Assembly (NCBI GenBank): GCA_030704615.1
Contig: CM060734.1
Location: 58,652,001 to 58,716,000 of the forward strand
Source of the DNA: Takakia lepidozioides
Taxonomy: Eukaryota > Plantae > Bryophyta
Length of the DNA: 64,000 nucleotides
Direction of reading: 5' to 3'
Shown here: one piece after another, positions 26,451-38,073 of the stretch
Layout of the letters: each line of letters begins with the position of its first letter
How positions within the stretch are numbered: the stretch's first letter is position 1
Notes under the pieces: model-generated
Databases searched by the model: none
The model's input: the letters and a program-made list of their open reading frames with translations, nothing else
What the model was told of the DNA's origin: nothing
Position numbers and translations under genes: made by a program

Positions 26451-27871
26451 CACTACAACAAATTGCGGCTTTTATGACTCCCATGGGTGCGCATTCATGA
26501 CAGATTTGTGGTAGAAATGCCATTTGCAGTCGTAAAATGCTTTTGAAGTCATAATGCAGGTCTGGGGACGGCGTATATGCAACTGCATGGCTCCGGACTC
26601 TGCGCAATACAGGTCAAACATGTTTGACCATGAATATTGGCATGGCAAATATGACTACCAGTCACGGTCATGGCTACACTGGAATGACGTGTGCATATTG
26701 CAAGACAGACTTATGACTTCATGACTCTCACTCTAATGCATTCTGCCAGATCATCACATAGATGAATCACTACATGACTACACGTGTCGACACATGCTTT
26801 TCTAGTTATATATATAATATATGAGTATTTATATTGGCTTTTTCTTAATGTACAAGTGAAGAAGTCTGTCCATCCTGCAAATGTGGGTTGTTGGCTCCTG
26901 TTAGTACCATGATTTGGTATTCTTCCTGATGTTTACAAGGTTCTTGGGAGAGTTAGCTTGGTCTTAGCATGCCGTGTTTCAATCTCTGCCCACTCAGCTG
27001 CACCGTGGTGGTTCTCACTGACCAATCCGACATTACCTAACTACAGACACAAGCAGCACACACAAGAGGTCATCTTGGGTTCATGGTCAGTCAAATCCTC
27101 CATGGGTCATGACACGAGGTCGAGGACAATGTGGTGAGGGCACCTTCTTCTTCGACCTATTTCAGCCTATTTTTTCCCTCTCATCAGACTCGGCCCTGAA
27201 TTTGAATCATGGAGCAGAGCTGGCACGAGTTTTTTAAAGATCCCTCACAAGGGTGCGACAACCGCAATTGCAAGGTGTGGCTTTTTTTTAATGTACGATG
27301 TGAAGAAGTTTGTCCATCCTGCAAATGTGGGTTGTTGGCTCCTTTTAGTACCATGATTTGATATTCTTCCTTATGTTTACAAGGTTCTTGGGAGAGTCAG
27401 CTTGGTCTTAGCAGGTCGTGTTTCAATGTCTGCCTGCTCAGCTGCACCGTGGTGCAAGTTCTCACTGATCAATCCGACATTACCTGACTACAGACACAAG
27501 CATCACACACAAGAGCTCCTTTTGTCGGTCAAATCCTCCATGGGTCATGACACAAGGTCAAGGACAGTGTGGTGAGGGCACCTCTTCTTCGACCTATTTC
27601 AGCCAGTTTTGCCCTCTCATCAGACTCGGCCCTGAGATGCATATTGAATTTTGTAAGTTAGCTCATTGCTCGTTGATAAGTAGGGTTGGGGGTGTTTGCT
27701 GGAACAATTCTAGGCTGTCATTGTCAGCTGCTAGCAAGAAGGCAAGGATGTATGCATGATTTTGTGCAGAGGCATACATAGCTGAAGGAGCAGGGATAGA
27801 GTGTGGGCCCAGATTCGTCCAAGAAGGCCGGATTTCAAGCTCCATTATTTCAGTGTCATCCATTCAGCCAG
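26451..27871 (+). repeat. Segmental direct duplication, copy 1 (partner 40996-41378 plus 42050-43076); contains an internal ~430-bp tandem duplication
   Basis: Near-identical sequence, e.g. cactacaac..gactcccatgggtgcg..atatgagtatttatat and gtgaagaagt..gtcatccattcagccag. Confidence 0.9.
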
Positions 27872-28138
27872 GAATTTCCTGGTGACATTGCCAAGGCTTT
27901 ACTCGCAACATGATGGTTGCAAAGCTTCCTTAGCTTGAATGCTGATTATGCTTGAATTATTAGGTTTGTAAAGCCAGTTTTGAAATTTTCATGGTAATCA
28001 GCTCTCTTGAAAATCTGTAGGTTGCAAGCCATTTACAGCGGGCCGTGGGTGGACTGGAAGACAGCCATTGAAAGTCCTAGTGCAAGTTAATACCAGTAGA
28101 GAGCAATGTAAGCTTCATATGCCCTTTTGGTGCTAGTT

Positions 28139-30324
28139 ATCTTCATGTATGGTACTGTTGAACACCAACAATCTTTTGGTGAGATTCTGTCTTGGTGCAC
28201 GTGTCTGATAAAAGAAAGACGGTAATGTTTGTTCTGAAACCTGAAGGCGTGAAATGATTCAACACAACAAGAGCATTATGCGTGTCACAGTACAAGCTGT
28301 AAGAAAGCAAGAGATACATAGTTATAAAGTCAAACAGACAACTATCAGTTTCTGTGGAATCTCTTGCCAATGGCAGGATGGGTTGGGAATAGCCAAGTCA
28401 GGAGGTGAATGCCTGTCAAATTACCACATGTCCTTTTGAACACTGCCCCTGCCCTGGTGGACATGTATGCCAAATGTGGGTGCATTGAGGATGCAAAGGG
28501 AGTGTTCAACACTGTGGCTGAACGAGATGTGGTGTCGTGGTGTGCGATGCTTGCAGGGTATGCACAGTTGGGGTGCGGGATGGAGGCTCCAACCTTTGAG
28601 AAAATGATGGGGGAAGGGGTGAAGGTCGCCGACATAACGTTTGTGTGCGTTTGCAGTGCGTCTGGCAGCCCTGGAAAAGGGCAAAGAGATCCCTGGTGAC
28701 ATCATCAAATCTGCAATTGTACCAGATGTCATCCTGAACATTGCTCTGGTGGCCATGTATGCTAAATGTGGGAGCATTGAGGATGCCAAGGGAGTGTTCA
28801 ACACTATGGCTGAACTAGATGTGGTGTCGTGGAATGTGATGCTTGCAGGGTGTGCAGAGCAGGAGCGCGGGATGGGACTTTGGACACCTGAAAGCAAATG
28901 ATGGAGAAAATGATGAAGGTACCTTCTTCAACATATTTCACCATGTTTTCCCTGCTAGTGTTTGCTTTGACAATTCTAGGCTGTCATTGTCAGCTGCTAG
29001 CAGCAAGGCAAGGATGTATGCATGATTTGTGCAGAGGCATGGATAGCTGAAGGAGCAGGGATTTCGTGTGGGTCCAGATTCATCCAAGAGGGCCAGATTT
29101 CAAGCACAAGATTACCTGTGATTCCCTGTGGATCAATAGCTACAAGAAACCTGCATGGGTAGATGGTCAACTGGCAGCAGCGGCACAAGTGATAAAATCA
29201 GGCACTGCTTACGAAGGCATCTTCTTCAACACATTTCACCCTGTTTTTCCCTCTTATCAGAATCGGCCCTAAATTTACATGTTCAATTCTGCAAGTTAGC
29301 TGGTTGAGTGAATCTAGTTTGGAGTGACTTTGACATGATACTACCAATGTGACAACAAGAAAGTGTCAAAAAACAGGTAACAGAGATGAGGAGAAGTTGT
29401 GGAATGAATACTTATCTGAGCCCAGTCACTGATGGGTCAACCGGGGCAGAAAGGTGAATGCCTGCTACATTTCAGAGAGTAGCAGATGCAATTCAGCATA
29501 GGAACTAGTGTGCTACGCTAAGTTGGGTGTTTCCTAGAACAAATGTAGGCTGTCATTGTCAGCTGCTAGCAGCAAGGCAAGGATGAATGCTTGATTTGTG
29601 CAGAGGCATGGATAGCTGAAGGAGTAGAGATAGAGTGTGGTTGACGGAGGGTGTTGGGCAATGGGCAAGACATCTTTGTATAAACGTGAGTGACCTTCCT
29701 ATCATCCTGGGTTTCATTTTTAGTGCATGTTTCTTTGTGAAGTATCTGACAACTTCGCCAACACACACCAACCTTTTTGCTTTGGTTTGTATACGACATG
29801 GGATAGAAGTTACCATAAACAACACTGGCATTGGTTTTTCATATATGGTATTAGATAATTCTCTTAATTGTTTCCGCCTTGGCAGGTTGCTCAGTGACCT
29901 TCCCTGGACGCTTTGGAGTATAGCGAGTGAGTGTCTCACAATGCAATATTGGTTGGTGCATCTTATGCAAGAACTTGGAAAACGAACAAATGTCCTTGCT
30001 GTAGTAATTCTTAAAGCCATGCAAGCCTTAGTTTTTGATGGGTTGCAGATTGATGGAATACATGAGTAGTTAGAAGATTCTGGGTGAACACTTTTCAAAG
30101 TGTTATAGTTAGACAAAATAATTCACATGAGAACATGCGACTATTTTATGTAGTTTTAGATCGCAACAAAAATGATAATGATAAATAGATTGGTAAGTAG
30201 AGATGGTGTACAATCTCTTGGTTTTGCTCAGCTTGTTGCAGTTATGTCTTGCTGCCTTGTTCTCTTTGTATTATATATTATATTTCATTGTTGTAACAGA
30301 CATGTACATGACTGCTATCATAGT
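28139..30324 (+). repeat. ~2.2-kb inverted segmental duplication, left copy (PPR fragment, leader block and unknown segment)
   Basis: Reverse complement of 49938-52135. The ORF track gives nearly identical peptides on opposite strands (28409..28699+ vs 51576..51866-; 29066..29272+ vs 51003..51209-). Confidence 0.95.
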
Positions 30325-30761
30325 ACTGTCCGTTCAGTCATTCAGTAAAGCTAGCGTGTATGACTACCCCCACAGCTGCTCAGGCGCCATGTCACAGCTA
30401 GCCTGGAGAGTCATATCTGCCATGTCACAACTGACTAGGCTTTTACGTCTTCAGAGTCTGGAAGTCGTAAATGGCTTCCATAACTGCATTTGCAGTCATA
30501 ACACAGAGACGTAAAAGCCGCAATCTGTTGTAGTGATGTCTGTGCAAACCTGGCAGCCCTGGAAATGGCAAAGAGGTCCATGGTGACATCGTCAGAGCTA
30601 GAATTGTACACTGCCCTGGTGGATATGTGCACCCTGTGACAAAGCAGGTGCACACTCACATTATCCTAAGTTGCTCAATTTGTATGGTAGGGATCGTAAC
30701 TTATGGTGTCACTTGACCCGAAGGGCTACTGCCTTCCAGCAGGAAGGTGGACCCCTTCATG

Positions 30762-30836
30762 ACACACTAGACGGTGGTTTGAACCCACAACCACATCCAA
30801 CGTGGTATGTGCCCATTACCACTGGGCTACATGCTG
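30762..30836 (-). mobile_element. tRNA-derived SINE-like head
   Basis: Minus strand gcatgTAGCCCAGTGGtaatgggcac..gtgGGTTCAAACCacc carries Pol III A- and B-box-like motifs at tRNA spacing. No intact cloverleaf. Confidence 0.45.
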
Positions 30837-31009
30837 GTTGTCAGTGTCTACCTATGGTAATGCAGCTTAGTCTTAGTGGCATTCTTTATGTGCTTCGTCA
30901 AACTCTGGGGATGCCGAAGAGGAGGCACCAGCAGAATTTTGGCCCTCTTTTCTTTGAATAATAAAAATAACATGATAGCTTCGGCAACACTCCTCAGTTC
31001 TTCTTCCGA

Positions 31010-31132
31010 AAAACAATGAAATACAAAGTGTATGCATGTAACACCATGGGAATGACCCACCCCTCTTTGTGAAAATTGAACATAGGTCTTAGAATTCGTC
31101 ACTAATAGTGCGGAGCAACGTGAAGCCCTAGT
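31010..31132 (+). mobile_element. Dispersed repeat ending in CTAG|T (Helitron-like 3' end); inverted copy at 46427-46550
   Basis: ..gtgcggagcaacgtgaagccCTAGT matches the reverse complement of actagggcttcacattgctccgcac.. at 46427; both copies end at the same CTAG. Confidence 0.45.
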
Positions 31133-31410
31133 TCTAGCGACGACCGAAGGTCGGAAGCTAGTTTAGCGTAGAGCAGGAATAGGGTGCCAAAGTGCCACGT
31201 CATCGTCGCCACATTTCGTCGCCACGTTTCGTCGTCAAATTCTGTTGAGTCTGCCCGAATTGCCCGCCCGCGAAACGCGAATAGAACTCGTCATGCCAGT
31301 TTTTCGAAACTGCCCAACCTACCCGTGTCTTGATCTTCTTGAACCGCATGAGGGGTTTCACAGGCGATTCGCAGATGGAGACATTGGAGACGCTTACAGA
31401 TTGTGAGTAC
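31132..31410 (+). mobile_element. Dispersed repeat with hairpin terminus, copy 2
   Basis: ttctagcgacgaccgaaggtcggaagctagtttagcgtagagcag.., homologous to 23669-23800. Confidence 0.45.
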
Positions 31411-32884
31411 ACAACAGCAACTCTTGCACATGGTGGGACAACCTCAATCGCAAGGTGTCGCTTTTCTGAAGTGCGATGTGAAAAAGTTTGTCCATCCTAC
31501 AAATGTGGGCCAAATCCTGCATGGATGATGACACAAAGTCATGCACAATATGGTGAGGGCACCTTCTTCTTCAACCTATTTCAGCCTGTTTTGCCCTTGC
31601 ATCAGACTCGGCCCTGAGATGTATATTGAATTCTGTAAGTTAGCTCGTTGGATGGATCTGTAGTGACTTTGACAAGTTACTGCCGATGTGGCAGCAGGAA
31701 AATATCGAAAAACATATAGCAAAGATGAGGAGAAACTTTGGAGTGAACACTTTTCTGACCGCAGTCAACTGGAAACAGCAGCGGCAGCGACACAATTGAT
31801 GGAACGAGGCACTGCTAATGCAGACACCTTCTTTAACACATTTCACCTTGTTTTCCCCTCTTATCATAATCGGCCCTAAATTTTCATGTTGAATTCTGCA
31901 AGTTAGCTGGTTGAGTGAACCTTTGATAGTTTGGAGTGATTTTGACATGATATTGCCAGTGTGACAACAGGAAAGTATCCAGAAACAGGTAACAGAGACG
32001 AGGAGAAGCTGTGGAATGAATACTTTTCTGACCCCCATCAATGGTGGGACAATCGAGGCAAAAAGGTGAATGCCTGTTGGAGGTAACAGAGACGAGGAGA
32101 AGCCACAGTATTCAGTAGCAGTTCCATAAAAGTGTTTGCAGCTTCCAGACCCAATGTGCATGACTATTTGTTCCTCTCTTAGATTGAAATAGGCTACTCA
32201 AGCTTTGGGAACTTACCAAAAGGTTAGTTCAAAATGGAGAGTAATCTCGTGAGCTTGGAACAACATCAGGCGACTGCTCACTGTCAGTTCCTTGAGCAAC
32301 ACAACTTGAGAATTTCGAGATAGACAATTCTGCCTTGAGATGCAGGATGAACAGCTCATGCTTGCACTTGTCAAGAATAGCATTTGGTTCAAGTTATTTG
32401 TATCTGCAAAGAGAGCTTGGGGTCTTTGCAACTTGCTCTTGTGAGGGCGCAGAAGGATACGACAAGCCTTGCTCCCTTGATTAAGACAACCTGAGCATTG
32501 TGACATTATTTACAATGTCTTAATCGGCCCAATTCAATTATGTCTGTTCCCGTGCTTTTTGTGGTCTTTGTCATAGCATCTCCCTGTTTTGGTTTTATCT
32601 TATAGTCCTACTTATGTATTACCCCTGGTAAGTTAATAAGTTTAACCTACTTATGAAGGGCATAGCTCTATTCCAGAGTTTGTTGAGCAGGTTGTCATTG
32701 TCAGCTGCTAGCAGCAAGGCAAAGATTTATGCATGATTTGTGCAGAGGCATGGATAGCTGAAGGAGCAGGGATAGAGTGTGGGTCCAGATTCATCCAAGC
32801 GGACTGGACTTCAAGCTCCAGGTTACCTATGATTCCCTGTGGATCAATAGATACAAGAAACCTGCATGGGTAGATGGTTAACTA

Positions 32885-34231
32885 AAGGCACGTTTGTTTG
32901 CATTTGCAGTGCGTGTGCAAGCCTGGCAGTCCTAGAAAAGTGGACAGAGGTCCATGGTGACATCGACAAATCTGGAATTGTACCAGATGTCATTCTGAAC
33001 ACTACCCAACGCATGGTATGCACAGGACGGACGCGGGATGGAGGCTTTGGAGACCTATGAGCAAATGATGTGCGAAGGGGTGAAGCCCGACTACATCACG
33101 TTTGTGTGTGTTTGCAGTGTGTGTGCAAGCCTGGCAGCTCTGGAAAAGGGCAAAGAGGTCCATGCTTGCATCGTCAAAGTTGGAATTGTACCAAATGTCA
33201 TTTTGGACAGTGCCCTAGTGGACATGTATGCGAAATGTGGGTGCATGAAGGATGCAAAGGGAGTATTTGACAATATGGCTGAATGAAATGTGGTGTCGTG
33301 GAATGTGATGATCGCATGATATGCCCAACATGGTTTGATTCCGTGAGTCAAAATCATGGCCTCGCTCCTACAATGGAGCATTTTGGCTGCATTGTGGACC
33401 TTTTTGGCCGCACAGGTTGAGTGGAGGTGGCAGAGGACTTCATGAACAAAATGCCGATCGAACCAGCTGCCTCAGTGTGGTAGACCTTGCTTGGTGCTTG
33501 CAGAATTCATGGCAATGTAGAGGTGGCAGAGAGTGCAACAAAATGCCTTTCTAAATGGGATCCACAGGATGTTGCTATTTATGTGTTACTATCAAGGTTG
33601 GCAGGTGGGACGATACTGCGAAGGTGTGAAAAATGATGAGGGACAGAGGTCTCAGAAAGGAGCCAGGTCTCACTGCTATATTGAGGTGGACAACCAGGTG
33701 CATACATTTGTTGTAGAATAGTGTGATAAATTGAGTTGGGTGTCAAACCTGGGAGCTCTGGAAAAAGGGAAAGAGAAATGTGGGTGCATTAAGGATGCGA
33801 AGGGAGTTTTCAACACATGGCTGAACGAGATGTGGTGTCATGGAAGACGATGCTTGCAAGGTATGCATAGCAAGGACGTGGTATGAAGGCTTTGGAGACC
33901 TATGATCAAATGATGGGGGAAGGGGTGAAGCCCGACCACATCACATTTGTGTGCATTTGCGATGCGTGTGCAAGCCTGGCAGCTCTGGAAAAGGGCGAAA
34001 GAGATCCATGGTGACATTGTCAGAGCTGCAATTGTACCAAGTGTCATTCTGAATAATACCCTTGCGGACATGTATGGAGGGAGTGTTTGACAGTATGACT
34101 GAATGAGATGTGGTGTCATGGAGTGCGATGATTGCAGGATATGCACATCAAGGGTGCGGGATGGAGGCTTTGGAGACCTCTAAGCAAATGATGTGCGAAG
34201 GGGTGAAACCCAACCGCATAACGTTTGTTTG
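32885..34231 (+). pseudogene. PLS-class PPR pseudogene including an E domain (33360-33720), interrupted by a MULE at 34231
   Basis: PPR motifs plus [50 protein letters not shown] and CYIEVDNQVHTFVV. Confidence 0.9.
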
Positions 34232-35439
34232 GGGGGCTGCTATTTCATGAGCGGCATGAGCATGAGCGGAAAAAAAAAAAACATGAGCAGACCATTGTAA
34301 GTCCACGGAAATAGGGTTAGGAGGCACGGAAATAGGGTCATGTGAAGTTGGAATGTGACACCAGTGGACTTTGAAATGCAACATTTTATTGCATTTACTT
34401 GCCGAAAATGGCTAAGTCCCAGATCTGACTAGGCCCGGAACTGGAAAAATGGCGCCGAATTTCCGATTTTGGTGCCAGTCAGATCTGGGACTTAGCCATT
34501 TTAGGCCCCGAACTAGAACAATGGCGTTTTTTTTTTTTTTTTTTTTTTTTTTTCGGTGCCATTTTACCAGTTCGGGGCCTAAAATGGCTAAGTCCCAGAT
34601 CTGACTGGGCCCGGAATTGGAAAAATGGCGCCGAATTTCCGATTTTGGTGCCAGCCACCCTAGGGACTTAGCCATTTTCGGCCCTGAAAGTACCCACTGG
34701 CTATGCCTCTGCTTTCAAAAAACATGTGGTCAAACAAAAGTTGAGCCAATTGAAGTCGCTCTAGTACTTGAGATGGAGAGTGGGTGAGGTCTGTATGGTG
34801 GAGTCTTTTAGCAAAGGTGCCATTGGCTTGACTTATATAACGTGATAGAATGGTTTCTCCTCTTTTCACCATTTCCGTATCACTAGAAGAAGACCTGCTT
34901 ACATCTATAAGTGCAAGGTGTTAGCATAGTTAACACTTGTGTGTGGAAGAGAGCTTGATAGATAGCTCTTAAGTTACAAGCTGTTGCAGGGTTTGCAAGA
35001 AGAAAGTCTTGTGGTGTTTATGTACAAGAGGAGGTCTTCAAGAAGAGCATCATTGAAAGTTTGAGAGCTTGTGAAGAAGCTCTTGTTCTGCAAGTGTTGC
35101 AGGGCTTGAGGAGTTCAAGAAGAGCTCGGGTGTTAAGGAAGCAAGTGGTGCATGTGTGGAGTATGGTTTCAGCTTGTGGGAGTCTTCAACTTCCATTTTT
35201 CCTGTTCGGGGCCGAAAATGGCTAAGTCCCAGATCTGACTGGGCCCTGAACTGGAAAAATGGCGCCGAATTTCCGATTTTGGGTGCCAGTCAGATCTGGG
35301 AGCCGTTTTCGGCCCCGAACTGGAAAACTGGCGTTTTTTTTTTTTTTTTTTTTTTTTCGGCGCCATTTTTCCATTTCGGGGCCGAAAATGGCTAAGTCCC
35401 AGATCTGACTGGCACCAAAATCGGAAATTCGGCGCCATT

Positions 35440-37790
35440 TTTCCAGTCATGCAGGTAATTCGAAGAGCGGATGGATGGAAATCCGGCGCCGGATTTCCAT
35501 CCACCAGGTAAGTCGGCGCGCAAAATTTCCGTCATGCAGGTAATTCGAAGAGCGGATGGATGAAAATCCGGCGCCGGATTTCCATCCATCCGCTCTTCGA
35601 ATTACCTGCATGACTGGAAAAATGGCGCCGAATTTCCGATTTTGGGTGCCAGTCAGATCTGGGACTTAGCCGTTTTCGGCCCCGACATGGAAAAATGGCG
35701 GTTTTTTTTTTTTTTTTTTTTTTTTTTGGCGCCATTTTTCCATTTCGGGGCCGAAAATGGCTAAGTCCCAGATCTGACTTGCACCAAAATCGGAAATTCG
35801 GCGCCATTTTTCCAGTCATGCAGGTAATACGAAGAGCGGATGGATGGAAATCCGGCGCCGGATTTCCATCCGCCAGCTAGGTCGGCGCGCAAAATTTCCG
35901 TCATGCAGGTAATTCGAAGAGCGGATGGATGGAAATTCGGCACCGGATTTCCATCCGCAAGGTTGGTCGGAGAGCGGATGGATGGAGATCCGGCACCGGA
36001 TTTCCATCCTGGAGGTAAGTGGAATCCCGGATGGATGGAAATTCGGCGCCGAATTTCCATCCTGCAGGTAATTCGAATCCCGGATGGATGGAAATTCGGC
36101 GCCGGATTTCCATCCAGCAGGTAAGTGGAATCCCGGATGGATGGAAATTCGGCGCCGGATTTCCATCCAGCAGGTAAGTGGAATCCCGGATGGATGGAAA
36201 TTCGGCGCCGAATTTCCATCCAGCAGGTAAGTGGAATCCCGGATGATTGGAAATTCGGCGCCGAATTTCCGTCCAGCAGGTAATTCGAATCCCGGATGGA
36301 TGGAAATTCGGCGCCGCATTTCCATCCAGCAGGTTACTGGAATCCCGGATGGATCGAAATCCGGCGCCGAATTTCCATCCTGCAGGTATTTCATCGCTCA
36401 GAATTACCTTCCTGCACGTAATTCTGATCGATGAATTACTTCCTGTAGGTAATTCTCAGCGATGAATTACCTTCCTGCAGGTAATTCTGAGCGAGGAATT
36501 ACCTTCCTACCTTCGTCGATAAGAATTACCTGCAGGAAGGTAATTCTCAGCGATGAAATACCTGGCGAATGGAAATTCGGCGCCGAATATCCATACGCCA
36601 GCGATCCGACTTACCTGCTGGATGGAAATTCGGCGCCGGATTTCCATCCATCCGGGATTCAACTTACCTGCTGGATGGAAATTCGGCGCCGAATTTCCAT
36701 CCATCCGGGATTCGAATTACCTGCAGGATGGATATGCGGCGCCGGATTTCGATCGATCCGGGATTTCACTTACCTGTTGGATGGAAATTCGGCGCCGGAT
36801 TTCCATCCATTGGGGATTCAACTTACCTGCTGGATGGAAATTCGGCGCCGAATTTCCATCCATCCGGGATTCGAATTACCTGCAGGATAGATATGCGGCG
36901 CCGGATTTCGATCGATCCGGGATTTCACTTACCTGCTGGATGGAAATTCGGCGCCGGATTTCCATCCATCCGGGATTCAACTTACCTGCTGGATGGAAAT
37001 TCGGCGCCGAATTTCCATCCATCCGGGATTCGAATTACCTGCAGGATGGATATGCGGCGCCGGATTTCGATCGATCCGGGATTGCACTTACCTGCTGGGT
37101 GGAAATTCGGCGCCGAATTTCCATCCGGGGGCTGGTTTCTGTCGGAGAGGTGCCGGCCTCTCCACCGCTCTGTTGGATATTCGGTGCCGAATTTCCGTCC
37201 GGCGGTTGAAATATGACGGCCAGGTGCCGACCTCTCCCCCCTCCCCAACCGCATTGGAACGGCCCCGGATTGAAATTCGGCGCCGTTTTCCCATCTGGGG
37301 AGGTTTTTATGTCGGCCAGTTTTCAGTCTGACACCCCGATAAGACTTCCTTGGGGGGGCCCGGATGGAAATTCGGCGCCGAATCTCCATCCAAGGGATGC
37401 TCTCTGTCGAACACGTGCCGACCTCTACGCCCGAGGCGACTTCATCCGGGCGTCCCCTGTTCGATATTCGGTGCCGAATTTCCGTCCGGGGGTTGAAATG
37501 TGACGGCCAAATGCCGGCCTCCCCCCCTCCCCGACTGCATCCGAACCTCCCCGGATGGAAATTCGGCGCCGTTTTTCCATCTGGGGATGTTTTTATGCCG
37601 GCCAGTTTTCGGCCTGACCCCCCGACACGACTTCCTTTACCTGCTGGATGGAAATTCGGCGCCGAATCTCCATCCAGGGGATGTTCTCTGTCGCACACGC
37701 GCCGGCCTCTGCGCCCGAGGCGACTTCATCCGGGCTTCCCCTGTTGGATATTGGGTGCCGAATTTCCATTCGGGGGTAGTAATGTGACGG
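35440..37790. repeat. Array of the palindrome GGA(TGG)AAATTCGGCGCCGAATTTCC(ATCC), ~54-bp period in the core, in two opposed orientations
   Basis: Dozens of copies. Units at 35970-36385 are the reverse complement of units at 36560-37130, around an AATTACC..GGTAATT-rich spacer at 36390-36555. Related AAAATGGCTAAGTCCCAGATCTGACT repeats occur at 34400-34685 and 35200-35830. Confidence 0.95.
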
Positions 37791-38073
37791 CACGGTGCCG
37801 GCTTCTCCCCTTCAGCCGTCATCATCCGGATGGCCCCCCACTTTCTGACTGCATACCGTTGGCAGTTATTGCGCAAAGACCAGGGGCCGCATTCCGGAGA
37901 CAAGGTTCATTAACACTCTGACTGTGGATTTTTGAGATAGTTGGCTCCCTGGATTTGGATCAGGCTTCGTCGCTCGGACAAATCGGCATCGCATTCATTC
38001 CCATCGCTGCATCCCCCTTCTACCAGGGAGCTTCCCCGCACTCCATCCTGGGAGTCTTGTGTGCACATCTCCC

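Noticed and set aside
29559-30116. Overlapping 185-aa and 144-aa ORFs in the duplicated segment
   Set aside because: No recognisable domain, and the second copy (50162-50640) has indels and stops that break them.
35440-37790. CRISPR-like array (palindromic repeats at regular spacing)
   Set aside because: The intervening sequences are themselves repeated rather than unique spacers, there are no cas genes, and the context is a eukaryotic transposon.
35761-37921. Long repetitive ORFs (MEIRRRISIH.., MDGNSAPNFHP..)
   Set aside because: By-products of the palindromic tandem array, open on both strands and in several frames.
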